From Elusimicrobiota bacterium (GTDB lineage Bacteria; Elusimicrobiota; Elusimicrobia; JACQPE01): a stretch of 64,000 nt of DNA. The notes below the pieces were generated by a model. It had not been told where the DNA came from. It saw only the letters and a list, made by a program, of their open reading frames with translations, and ran no database searches. Location: NCBI GenBank assembly GCA_016180815.1, contig JACPAN010000003.1:14570-78569 (forward strand). The letters are read 5' to 3'. The position numbers and the translations under genes are program-made. Below, piece by piece: positions 55,852 to 64,000 of this stretch. Within the stretch, counting starts at the first letter, position 1. Each line of letters opens with the position of its first letter.

Positions 55852-57309
55852 ATGACTTACGACCTGATCATTAAAAACGCGACCGTTGTCACGGCCGCGG
55901 ATCAATTCGAGGCGGATATCGCTGTTAAAGGCGGAACAATCGCGGCTTTGGGGAAAAATTTGCAAGGCACTGCCGCCAAAACCGTGGACGCTAAAGGTTT
56001 ATATGTTTTACCCGGCGGCATCGACGTGCATACGCATTTGGATATGCCCTTCGGCGGCACGACCACCGCGGATAATTTTGAAACCGGCACCACGGCCGCG
56101 GCCTGCGGCGGCACCACGACCATTGTTGATTTCGCCATTCAATACAAAGGCGAGGATTTGCAAAAAGGTTTGGACACCTGGCATAAAAAAGCCTCCGGAA
56201 ATTCAGCGATTGATTACGCGTTTCACATGATTATCACGGACATGCCTCAGGCTAAACTCAAGCAAATGGACAAGCTCGTGGATGAGGGGATTTCTTCCTT
56301 CAAGCTGTTCATGGCTTACCCAGGCGTGTTCATGTCCGATGACACCACGATTTTCAGGGCCCTGATGCGGACCAAGGAAAACGGCGGCATGGTTTGCATG
56401 CACGCGGAAAACGGCAGCGTGATTGATGTTTTGGTGCAGAAGGCCTTGGCTGAGGGGAAAACACATCCTAAGTACCATGCTTTAACCCGCCCGATGAGCG
56501 CGGAGGCCGAGGCCACGCGAAGGGCCATTGCCTTGGCGGAAATGGCCGGGGTTCCGATTTATTTCGTGCATTTGTCCGCCGGTGATGCCATGGAAGAAGT
56601 GCGCCGGGCCAGGGAGCGGGGCTTGCCTATTTATGCGGAGACTTGCCCGCAGTACCTGTACCTTTCTTATGAGGATTACGAGCGCCCGGGTTTTGAGGGC
56701 GCCAAATTCGTGATGTCGCCACCCTTGCGTCCCAAGGGCAATGAGGAAAGGCTGTGGAACGGTTTAAGGAATAATTGGCTTCAAGTCGTTTCCACGGATC
56801 ATTGCTCGTTTTGTTTTCAAAGCAAAGACGGGAAACCGGGCAAGGAATTGGGCAAAAATGATTTTTCCAAAATCCCCAACGGAGCGCCGGGCATTGAAAC
56901 GCGGCTTCTCCTTCTCTGGGAAGGGGTTGAGAACGGGCAATTAACCATGAATCGCTTCGTGGATATCACCGCCACCACCCCGGCCAAGCTGTTCGGCCTT
57001 TACCCGAAAAAGGGCACGATTGCTCCGGGCGCGGACGCGGATTTGGTGCTATGGGACCCCAAGCAGAAAACAACGATTTCAGCGAAAACGCATCATATGA
57101 ACGTCGATTACAATCCCTATGAGGGCCAGGTGATCCGGGGCGCAATCCGCGAAGTTTATTTGCGCGGCAAGAAAGTGGTGGAGAAAGGTTCGTATGTCGG
57201 GGGGCAAAAAACAGGCTCTTTCCTGGAGCGGGCGACGCGTCCTGAAAAACCCGTTGAATCCGCCGAAGCGCAGAAAAAATCGACTCGTAAAGTACTAGCG
57301 GAGGTTTAA
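55852..57309 (+). CDS. hydA: Dihydropyrimidinase
   Basis: PGGIDVHTH, AAACGGTTT, FKLFMAY, HAENG, STDHC, KIPNGAPGIE. Confidence 0.95.
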   Translation: MTYDLIIKNATVVTAADQFEADIAVKGGTIAALGKNLQGTAAKTVDAKGLYVLPGGIDVHTHLDMPFGGTTTADNFETGTTAAACGGTTTIVDFAIQYKGEDLQKGLDTWHKKASGNSAIDYAFHMIITDMPQAKLKQMDKLVDEGISSFKLFMAYPGVFMSDDTTIFRALMRTKENGGMVCMHAENGSVIDVLVQKALAEGKTHPKYHALTRPMSAEAEATRRAIALAEMAGVPIYFVHLSAGDAMEEVRRARERGLPIYAETCPQYLYLSYEDYERPGFEGAKFVMSPPLRPKGNEERLWNGLRNNWLQVVSTDHCSFCFQSKDGKPGKELGKNDFSKIPNGAPGIETRLLLLWEGVENGQLTMNRFVDITATTPAKLFGLYPKKGTIAPGADADLVLWDPKQKTTISAKTHHMNVDYNPYEGQVIRGAIREVYLRGKKVVEKGSYVGGQKTGSFLERATRPEKPVESAEAQKKSTRKVLAEV

Positions 57310-57310
57310 T

Positions 57311-58810
57311 ATGCCGGTTGCAGAAGCGAAAGCCACGACGTTAAAACAGTTTATCGGCGGTCATTGGGTTGCCGGCCGCGGCGAACGGGAAATTGTTTCC
57401 GTCAATCCCGCGGACACCAGGGAAACAATCGCCGCCTTTAAAAGCGCTTCGCGCGAGGACGCGTTGTCGGCCCTGGAAGCGGCCCAGCGCGCTTGGCCGG
57501 CTTGGAAGAAAACCCCGGCCCCGAAAAGAGCCCGTATCGTGCAAAAAGCCTGGACCATCGCCCAATCGCGGGTGGATGATTTAGCCGCTCTATTGACCCG
57601 CGAGGAAGGGAAAATCGTGGGTGAAGCCAGAGGCGAGGTGGAAAAGGGCATGAATTTGATGGAGTGGTATGCCGGCGAAGGCCTGCGTTTAATGGGCCAA
57701 ACCGCCCCGTCCGAAATGCCTCGGAATCTGCTGATGACCGTCCGGGAACCCCTGGGCGTGGTTTCCATTATCACGCCCTGGAATTTTCCTTGGGCCATCC
57801 CCTGCTGGAAAATCGCCCCGGCTTTGGTGGGCGGCAATTGCGTTGTTTTTAAACCGGCGTCTTTGGTGCCGGCCATGGCTGTTGAGCTTTGCCGGATTTT
57901 TGAAGAAGCCGGTCTGCCGCCAGGGGTATTAAACTTAGTGCTGGGTTCCGGTTCCTCGGTCGGCGATATTTTAGTCAATGACTACAGGATCAAAGCCGTT
58001 TCATTCACCGGCTCCAATGAGATCGGGCGCGGGGTGCATAAAATCGCCGGGGAGCGTGGCATTAAAGTCACCTGTGAAATGGGCGGAAAAAACCCCTGCA
58101 TTGTTTGGGATGACGCGGATTTGCATTTGGCCTTGGGGGGCGTAATGAAGGGCGCTTTCGGTTCAACCGGGCAGCGCTGCACCGCCACCAGCCGCCTGAT
58201 TCTTCACGAAAAAATCGCGGCCAAATTTACGGATATGGTTATCGCCGAAGTCAAAAAAATCAAATTAGGAAATGGCTTGGACCCATCAGTGGGCATGGGC
58301 CCGTTGGTTGATGAACATCAATTGAATACAGTTTTGGGTTTAATCGAAACCGGAAAAAAAGAAGGAGCCCGTCTTCTCATCGGCGGCGGGCGGCCGGAAG
58401 GCGACAGTTTTAAGCGGGGCTTCTTTGTTCAACCCACGGTGTTCGTTGATGTTAAGTCCTCCATGACGATTTTCCAGGAGGAGATTTTCGGCCCGGTACT
58501 GGCCGTGAGCACGGTTAAAACCTATGAGGAAGCCGTGACTGCGGCCAATAACTCGCGCTACGGCCTGACCAGCGCGGTGTACACCCAGGACCTGACTTTA
58601 TCCATGCGTTTTGTAGAGGATTTGGAAGCGGGCATGGTGCATGTCAATTCGCCGACCATCGGCGGCGAGGCCCAGGTGCCTTTCGGCGGGGTCAAAGCCT
58701 CCGGCGTCGGCGAACGGGAAATGGCCAAGGAAGGCATCAATTTCTTTACCGAGCCTAAGACTATATTTTTGGACTATACCGGCGAGCGCCGCAATTCGAA
58801 TATTTATTAG
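57311..58810 (+). CDS. Aldehyde dehydrogenase, non-acylating-type motifs
   Basis: ITPWNFP, FTGS, CEMGGKNP, STGQRCT, EEIFGPV, PFGGVKASG. Confidence 0.9.
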   Translation: MPVAEAKATTLKQFIGGHWVAGRGEREIVSVNPADTRETIAAFKSASREDALSALEAAQRAWPAWKKTPAPKRARIVQKAWTIAQSRVDDLAALLTREEGKIVGEARGEVEKGMNLMEWYAGEGLRLMGQTAPSEMPRNLLMTVREPLGVVSIITPWNFPWAIPCWKIAPALVGGNCVVFKPASLVPAMAVELCRIFEEAGLPPGVLNLVLGSGSSVGDILVNDYRIKAVSFTGSNEIGRGVHKIAGERGIKVTCEMGGKNPCIVWDDADLHLALGGVMKGAFGSTGQRCTATSRLILHEKIAAKFTDMVIAEVKKIKLGNGLDPSVGMGPLVDEHQLNTVLGLIETGKKEGARLLIGGGRPEGDSFKRGFFVQPTVFVDVKSSMTIFQEEIFGPVLAVSTVKTYEEAVTAANNSRYGLTSAVYTQDLTLSMRFVEDLEAGMVHVNSPTIGGEAQVPFGGVKASGVGEREMAKEGINFFTEPKTIFLDYTGERRNSNIY

Positions 58811-58819
58811 AGGTGATGT

Positions 58820-60166
58820 ATGCCTAAAGCAGCTGTTTTAGATGAAACCGAAGAATTGACTCAGGGATTAACGGGCGATCAAATTCTGGAGCTTCGCAAA
58901 AAGCACATTCTGCCCTCGACCGTCGCCTATTACTCGAAGCCCCTTCAAATCGTCAAAGGCCAGGGTCAATACGTTTTTGATGAAACGGGCAAAAAATATA
59001 TCGACGGATTCGCTGGCGTGGTGACCATTTCCATCGGGCATTGCCATCCGCAATGGGTGAAAGCCATCCAGAAACAAGCGGCTGAGCTTTACCACACCAC
59101 GACTTTGTACCTTCACCCGAGCTTGGTTCAATTCGCTCAGAAACTGGTGAAAAAAGCCCAGGCCGCGAATCCTGAGCTTGAGGTTTGTTTTTTCACTAAC
59201 GCAGGCTGCGAGGCCAATGAATTAGCGGCCATTATCGCCAAAAATTACACCCAGCGCCAGGAATTCATCGCTTTGCGCCATTCTTTCCATGGACGAACCA
59301 TTATGGCCATGTCCTTTACCGGACAATCCATTTGGCGCCATTCCATGCCTTATGTGTTCGGCGTTTACCATGCGCCGGCCAATTACACCTATCGCCGTCC
59401 GGAGGGCACCACGGCCAAGCAATATGCCGAGCTTTGCGTGCGGGAATTGGAAGAGACGATTAAATACTCGACTTCGGGCAAAATCGCGGCTTTTTTGGCT
59501 GAGCCGATTTCCGGATTCGGCGGGGTCATTGATCCTGAGCCGGACTATTTCCCCAAGGCCTATGAAATCGTCAAAAAATACGGCGGCCTGTTTATTTCCG
59601 ATGAAGTGCAAACCGGGGTCGGACGCACCGGGAAGAAATTTTTGGGCATCGAGCAGTGGGGCGTGCGTCCCGATATCGTGACCATGGCCAAAGGCTTGGG
59701 CAATGGTTATCCGCTCGGCGCAGTCATCACGACCAAGGAAGTCGCCAAAGCCATGGAGGGGAAAGTCCATTTCAACACCTTCGGCGGCTCTCCCGTGGCC
59801 ATGGCCGCAGGATCGGCTGTGCTCGATGTTTTGGATAAGGAAAAATTGCCGGAGAACGCGGCCGCGGTCGGCGCTTATTTGAAAACAAAGCTCGAGGCGT
59901 TTAAGGAAAAATCGCCCTGGGTGGGCGATGTGCGCGGCAAAGGCTTGATGCTGGGCGTTGAGTTGGTCAAGGACAAGAAAAGCAAGGAGCCTGCGGCCCA
60001 AGAGCTTTTAAAAGTCATGGAATTAGCCAAAGAGCGGGGCGTTTTGTTGGGCAAAGGCGGCATGGCCGCCAATGTGATTCGCATTAAGCCGCCGCTTTGC
60101 GTTACCAAGAATGACGCGGATACAATCGTCGCTGTTTTGGAAGAGAGCTTAAACAAACTTTCCTAG
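58820..60166 (+). CDS. Class III aminotransferase (AGXT2/beta-alanine type)
   Basis: SFHGRT; SDEVQTG.GRTG; TMAKGLG; NTFGG; RGKGLMLG. Confidence 0.88.
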   Translation: MPKAAVLDETEELTQGLTGDQILELRKKHILPSTVAYYSKPLQIVKGQGQYVFDETGKKYIDGFAGVVTISIGHCHPQWVKAIQKQAAELYHTTTLYLHPSLVQFAQKLVKKAQAANPELEVCFFTNAGCEANELAAIIAKNYTQRQEFIALRHSFHGRTIMAMSFTGQSIWRHSMPYVFGVYHAPANYTYRRPEGTTAKQYAELCVRELEETIKYSTSGKIAAFLAEPISGFGGVIDPEPDYFPKAYEIVKKYGGLFISDEVQTGVGRTGKKFLGIEQWGVRPDIVTMAKGLGNGYPLGAVITTKEVAKAMEGKVHFNTFGGSPVAMAAGSAVLDVLDKEKLPENAAAVGAYLKTKLEAFKEKSPWVGDVRGKGLMLGVELVKDKKSKEPAAQELLKVMELAKERGVLLGKGGMAANVIRIKPPLCVTKNDADTIVAVLEESLNKLS

Positions 60167-60167
60167 G

Positions 60168-60210
60168 TGGACGCAGCGGCAAACCGTCAAAGAAATGACC
60201 GCTGCGTCCA
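60168..60210 (+). terminator. 12-bp perfect stem at the operon end, no U-tract
   Basis: TGGACGCAGCGG ... CCGCTGCGTCCA. Confidence 0.55.
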
Positions 60211-60235
60211 TTAAGCTTGAATCGGAGGGGGAATT

Positions 60236-61651
60236 GTGAAACGAATACCATGGATTCTGGTCGCGTTTTTGTGTTTTATTCGATGGGCCTCGGCGGTTGA
60301 CGTCACGGTTTACAATCAAAATTTGGGCTTGGTCAGGGAAACCAGAAATTTTCGCCTCAATAAAGGGACGAATGAAATCAAAGTCACGGACGTGGCGGCC
60401 CAAATCGATCCGACCAGCGTTCATTTTAAAAGCCTGACCGCGCCTGAGGCGGTTTCCGTCATCGAGCAGAATTTTCAGTATGACTTGATCAGCCAGGACA
60501 AGCTCCTGGAGCGTTATCTGGGCAAGGAAATCGAGCTGGAGCGTTTTTTAGGAGCGAGCGGCGAAAAAAGAGAGGTTATTCGAGGGACGCTGCTGTCTAA
60601 TTACGGCGGCCGAGTTCTTCAAGTGGGCGCCAAGGTGTACGTGAATCCTCCCGGCAACCCAATTTTACCCGAGCTCCCCGAAGGGCTGCTCACGAAACCC
60701 ACCTTGCTGTGGACGGCGTCGAGCCAAAAAGGCGGCTCCCATGATTGCGAAATCAGTTATTTGACCGGCGGTTTGAATTGGCGCGCTGATTATGTGCTGG
60801 TGACGAATCCTCAGGATGACCATATGGATTTAAACGCCTGGGTGACGATTGATAATCATTCCGGCGCTACGTACAAAGACGCGAAGTTGAAACTGGTGGC
60901 CGGGGACGTTCATCGCGCCGAGGAGGCTCGGGCGATGCACGGTGTGGCCAGGAAGGCGTTGATGGTTGCGGAGGCCTCGGCTGATCAATTTACGGAAAAA
61001 TCATTTTTTGAATACCATCTCTACACGCTCGGCCGCCGGACGACGCTGGGGCAAAACGAGACGAAGCAGATTGAGATGGCCTCGGCCGCCGATGTGCCCT
61101 TAAAGAAATTGTTTATTTACGACGGGGCCCAAAATGTCGGCTACGAATACAATGAATATTACCGGACTGAGCCCGGCTACGGAACCCAGGGCCATAAAAA
61201 GGTTTGGGTGATGCTTGAGTTTAAAAATTCAAAGGACAACAATATGGGCATGCCCTTGCCCAAAGGCAAGATCCGGGTGTACAAGAAGGACACGGATGGG
61301 GCCCTGGAGTTCATCGGCGAGGATTTAATCGACCATACGCCCAAGGATGAAAAAATCCGGGTGCGCATGGGCAATGCTTTCGACGTGGTCGGCGAAAGAA
61401 AACGCACGGCTTATCAATCGGATGTCAACAAGCGCTGGTTCCAGGAGTCATTTGAAATTATCTTAAGGAATCATAAGGATTCCGATATTACGGTTGCGGT
61501 GGCGGAGCATCTTTACCGTTGGACCAATTGGAAAGTGCTGGAGTCGTCCCAGAAATGGACCAAAAAGGACGCGCAAACCATCGAGTTTGAAGTCCCGGTC
61601 AAAAAAGACGCAGAATCCGTTGTTCGATATAGCGTCAAGTATTCTTGGTGA
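60236..61651 (+). CDS. Secreted DUF4139/DUF4140 protein
   Basis: Signal peptide; VTVYNQNLGLVRE; SYLTGGLNWRADY; EYHLYTL; PLPKGKIRVY. Confidence 0.85.
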   Translation: MKRIPWILVAFLCFIRWASAVDVTVYNQNLGLVRETRNFRLNKGTNEIKVTDVAAQIDPTSVHFKSLTAPEAVSVIEQNFQYDLISQDKLLERYLGKEIELERFLGASGEKREVIRGTLLSNYGGRVLQVGAKVYVNPPGNPILPELPEGLLTKPTLLWTASSQKGGSHDCEISYLTGGLNWRADYVLVTNPQDDHMDLNAWVTIDNHSGATYKDAKLKLVAGDVHRAEEARAMHGVARKALMVAEASADQFTEKSFFEYHLYTLGRRTTLGQNETKQIEMASAADVPLKKLFIYDGAQNVGYEYNEYYRTEPGYGTQGHKKVWVMLEFKNSKDNNMGMPLPKGKIRVYKKDTDGALEFIGEDLIDHTPKDEKIRVRMGNAFDVVGERKRTAYQSDVNKRWFQESFEIILRNHKDSDITVAVAEHLYRWTNWKVLESSQKWTKKDAQTIEFEVPVKKDAESVVRYSVKYSW

Positions 61652-62746
61652 TCAGCGGTAGAGTCTGGGCACGTCCATGGAGGCCGCGGTGCGGCGCACG
61701 GGAAGTTCGACGGTGTCTCCGGATTTGATGTTCGGGGCTTTGCTGATATCCAACAATGCGTGGCCCAGACCCACGCGGCCCACAATGGGCAATTCCTTAT
61801 CCTGCCATTTGGCCCAATAGCGCGACGGCGAGGTTAGCCGGATGAACCGATGCGCGGGCTCCATGGTCAAGCCGTCGGCGAATCCGCAGGCCACCGACGC
61901 CACTTTCATCGGGTTTAAAGCCAGAAATTCGCTGCCGTAACCCACGGTTTCTCCCCGGCGCAGGCTTTGGACGGATAAAATTTTGGCTTTAAAGGACCAG
62001 ATATTTTTGACGGGAAACGGGGTCGGCGTGGGATTGACGCCGTAGAGCAAATTTCCGATCCTGGCCATATCCAAGCGCCAAGCCGGAAAATCCAAAAAAA
62101 CGGATGTGTTGGCGCAGGTTTTAATCAGCGGTCGTTTGACCATAGCCTCGATTTCCTTGGCTGCTTGGAGAAAATGGCCTAATTTGATTTCAGCTTCGGT
62201 TTTGTTTAAACCGGGAAGATAATCAATATGCGTGGCAATGCCGATCATCTCCAGGTCCGGCCGTTTGAGCATGGAGCGGACCAGGGTGATGGCGTTTTTG
62301 GGTTTGGCGCCCCAGCGGCCCAGTCCCAGGTCAAGATCGACAAAAATCCGCGCTTTCTTTTTGGCCAGGCGGGCGGCCTGAGTATACGACCTCATCAATT
62401 CTTCACGATCCAAAGTGAGCCAGGCGCCTCGGCGAACGAGAGGGGCCAGATCAGCGGGATGATCGAGCGCAGGCGCCAACAAGGCGGCCTGAATGGGTTT
62501 TACCGGAGCAATCCCAAGGACGCGTTTGGCCTCGGTCGCGGACCAGATGCCGAAAGCATCGCATAAATTTTCCGATGCAAGCCGCCGGACAATGGCCTCA
62601 AGTCCGTGGCCATACGCGTTTGATTTAACGGCAGCCAGGAATTTAACCCCGGGACCCAGCTCTTTGCGGATGGACCGGGCATTGGCCTGGAGTTCGTTTA
62701 AATCAACCTCAACCCATTTCGAGTGTGTTGAGCTGTGATTGGCCAC
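61652..62746 (-). CDS. alr: Divergent alanine racemase-family PLP enzyme
   Basis: VEVDL..L..N; AVKSNAYGHG; GETVGYG; GFADG. Confidence 0.8.
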   Translation of the reverse strand: MANHSSTHSKWVEVDLNELQANARSIRKELGPGVKFLAAVKSNAYGHGLEAIVRRLASENLCDAFGIWSATEAKRVLGIAPVKPIQAALLAPALDHPADLAPLVRRGAWLTLDREELMRSYTQAARLAKKKARIFVDLDLGLGRWGAKPKNAITLVRSMLKRPDLEMIGIATHIDYLPGLNKTEAEIKLGHFLQAAKEIEAMVKRPLIKTCANTSVFLDFPAWRLDMARIGNLLYGVNPTPTPFPVKNIWSFKAKILSVQSLRRGETVGYGSEFLALNPMKVASVACGFADGLTMEPAHRFIRLTSPSRYWAKWQDKELPIVGRVGLGHALLDISKAPNIKSGDTVELPVRRTAASMDVPRLYR

Positions 62747-62754
62747 CGAAGACT

Positions 62755-63402
62755 TCAGGGAGCGATGACGCGCAGGAATTCTTTCAGCGTTGAATTTAAG
62801 GCGAGTTGCATATACGGGTTATCTTTTTTTTCTTGATCCAAGGGAGCGGTCGGGGTCGGTCCGTAATTGTGCCCGGGGAACACCAAGACCTGCCCGTCCA
62901 ACGTCGCGATTTTTTTGAGCGAGGAATACATTTTTTCCGGATCGGAGCTGGGCAAGTCGACCCGCCCGCAGCCGCGCACAAACAGCGTGTCGCCGGTAAC
63001 CAGATGGTTGTCGACTTTCAGGCAAAGGGAGCCCTCGGTGTGTCCGGGCGTGTGGAGAAAATTGAGTTTCAATTGGCCCAGAGGCACGCTTTCCCCACCG
63101 GAAAGAACCCTCATGCTTTTTCGAAAATCTTGATCCAATGGGCCGGCGTCTTCCTTGTGAATATAAATGGGGACGTCCGCAAACGCGAGAACCTGGCCGA
63201 CCCCGTTGATGTGATCGAAGTGATTGTGCGTGAGGAAAATACCGTCAAGGGCCCAGCCTTCGGCCTCGAGCCTTTTATGGATGGCCGGCACGTCCCAGGC
63301 TGGATCGATAACCAGGGCTTTTTTCGCCTGCGCGTCCGCCAGCAGATAAACGAAATTAGCTAGGGGCCCCAGTTCAAGCTGCCGTATTTCAAGCGTCGCC
63401 AT
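62755..63402 (-). CDS. MBL-fold hydrolase (glyoxalase II-like)
   Basis: THNHFDH, HTPGHT, TGDTLF, PGHNYG. Confidence 0.9.
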   Translation of the reverse strand: MATLEIRQLELGPLANFVYLLADAQAKKALVIDPAWDVPAIHKRLEAEGWALDGIFLTHNHFDHINGVGQVLAFADVPIYIHKEDAGPLDQDFRKSMRVLSGGESVPLGQLKLNFLHTPGHTEGSLCLKVDNHLVTGDTLFVRGCGRVDLPSSDPEKMYSSLKKIATLDGQVLVFPGHNYGPTPTAPLDQEKKDNPYMQLALNSTLKEFLRVIAP

Positions 63403-63438
63403 GCCTCAATAATGCCAAAAAACCATTGCGTTCGGCCG

Positions 63439-64000
63439 TTAGGTTTGCTGATCGGGCGCAGGTTGAGGTTTGACCGGGGTCGCCACCCAGCGTCGGCGCC
63501 AATTCATGTAAGGCACTTGGAACCACCTGTTTTCCGCGTGGTAAGTGGCGTAGGTGATGAAATAAGCCGCAAACACGTCGATGGAATAATGTAGTCGGGA
63601 TAACAGAACCGACGAGGCCATCAAAATCGAAATGCCCAAAAACGAAAGTCGAATCCAGCGTCCGCGAAAGATCAGCGAAGCCAAAAAAGGCATGGCCGTG
63701 TGCGAGGAAAAGAACAAATCATGCCGGAGGGTGAAATGCTTGCCGATGGTTTCATAAAGAGGGTCGCCATCGATGGAAAGAGCCGACTCATGAAGCTTCA
63801 TGGGCGTCAAGACGATGAAAAAACAGCGCACGACAATGAGCAGCGCAAAAAGCCACAGGATATAAGCCAGTCGTTCCCGTTCCCATTTTAGGGCCGCGAA
63901 CGTGGCCCAGCAAACGAACCCCAAAAATCCCCAAAGAAAGAAAAAGCGCATGTCGACGATGGGCAGGTACTGAAAAAGAAGGTCGGGCGATGAATGCGCA
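63439..64000 (-). CDS. Sphingomyelin-synthase-like PAP2 membrane protein, 5' end outside the window
   Basis: PDLLFQYLP upstream in frame; DLFFSSHT; SRLHYSIDV. Confidence 0.7.
   Translation of the reverse strand, partial: AHSSPDLLFQYLPIVDMRFFFLWGFLGFVCWATFAALKWERERLAYILWLFALLIVVRCFFIVLTPMKLHESALSIDGDPLYETIGKHFTLRHDLFFSSHTAMPFLASLIFRGRWIRLSFLGISILMASSVLLSRLHYSIDVFAAYFITYATYHAENRWFQVPYMNWRRRWVATPVKPQPAPDQQT

Noticed and set aside
59222-60001. 259-aa antisense ORF
   Set aside because: Shadow of the aminotransferase.

Overview
64 kb of bacterial chromosome from a diderm organism (surface-glycan genes, GT9 heptosyltransferase-like gene, Rieske/cytochrome b complex). All calls come from motif and family recognition by eye; no searches were run. 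Layout: (1) 1-12.5 kb, AT-richer surface-polysaccharide locus: AsnB-type amidotransferase, two SAM methyltransferases, three GT4s, epimerase, WecA-like transferase, CapD/PglF and a Wzz-like protein. (2) An AbiEi/AbiEii type IV toxin-antitoxin pair with a 46-bp inverted repeat at its promoter. (3) Envelope and housekeeping genes (tsaE, GT9, mgtE, WecG/TagA, TPR-SpoIID) and secreted orphans. (4) A ~3.9 kb accessory island at the 3' end of tRNA-Gln(UUG), carrying a HigBA-type pair, two recombinase-related fragments and an unknown coupled two-gene operon. (5) Mixed core genes: ytxGH-like pair, AI-2E, rmuC, tnaA, TMTC-like, tRNA-Met(CAU), rlmH, amidinotransferase, DsbA/MauE, Rieske-cyt b-pentaheme cyt c, DGC, greA. 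(6) A complete reductive pyrimidine degradation cluster (preT, preA, ureidopropionase, NCS1, hydA, ALDH, class III aminotransferase), interrupted by an ORF6N insert that contains a perfect 35-bp palindrome. (7) DUF4139, a divergent Alr-family enzyme, an MBL hydrolase and a sphingomyelin-synthase-like fragment. Best leads: an in-frame UppP-M28 peptidase fusion, the tRNA-Gln island operon, the ORF6N palindrome with an upstream copy of its core, in-frame heptamer repeat insertions in a GT4, and a possible non-acylating variant of beta-alanine catabolism. No CRISPR array, rRNA or intact transposase was seen.
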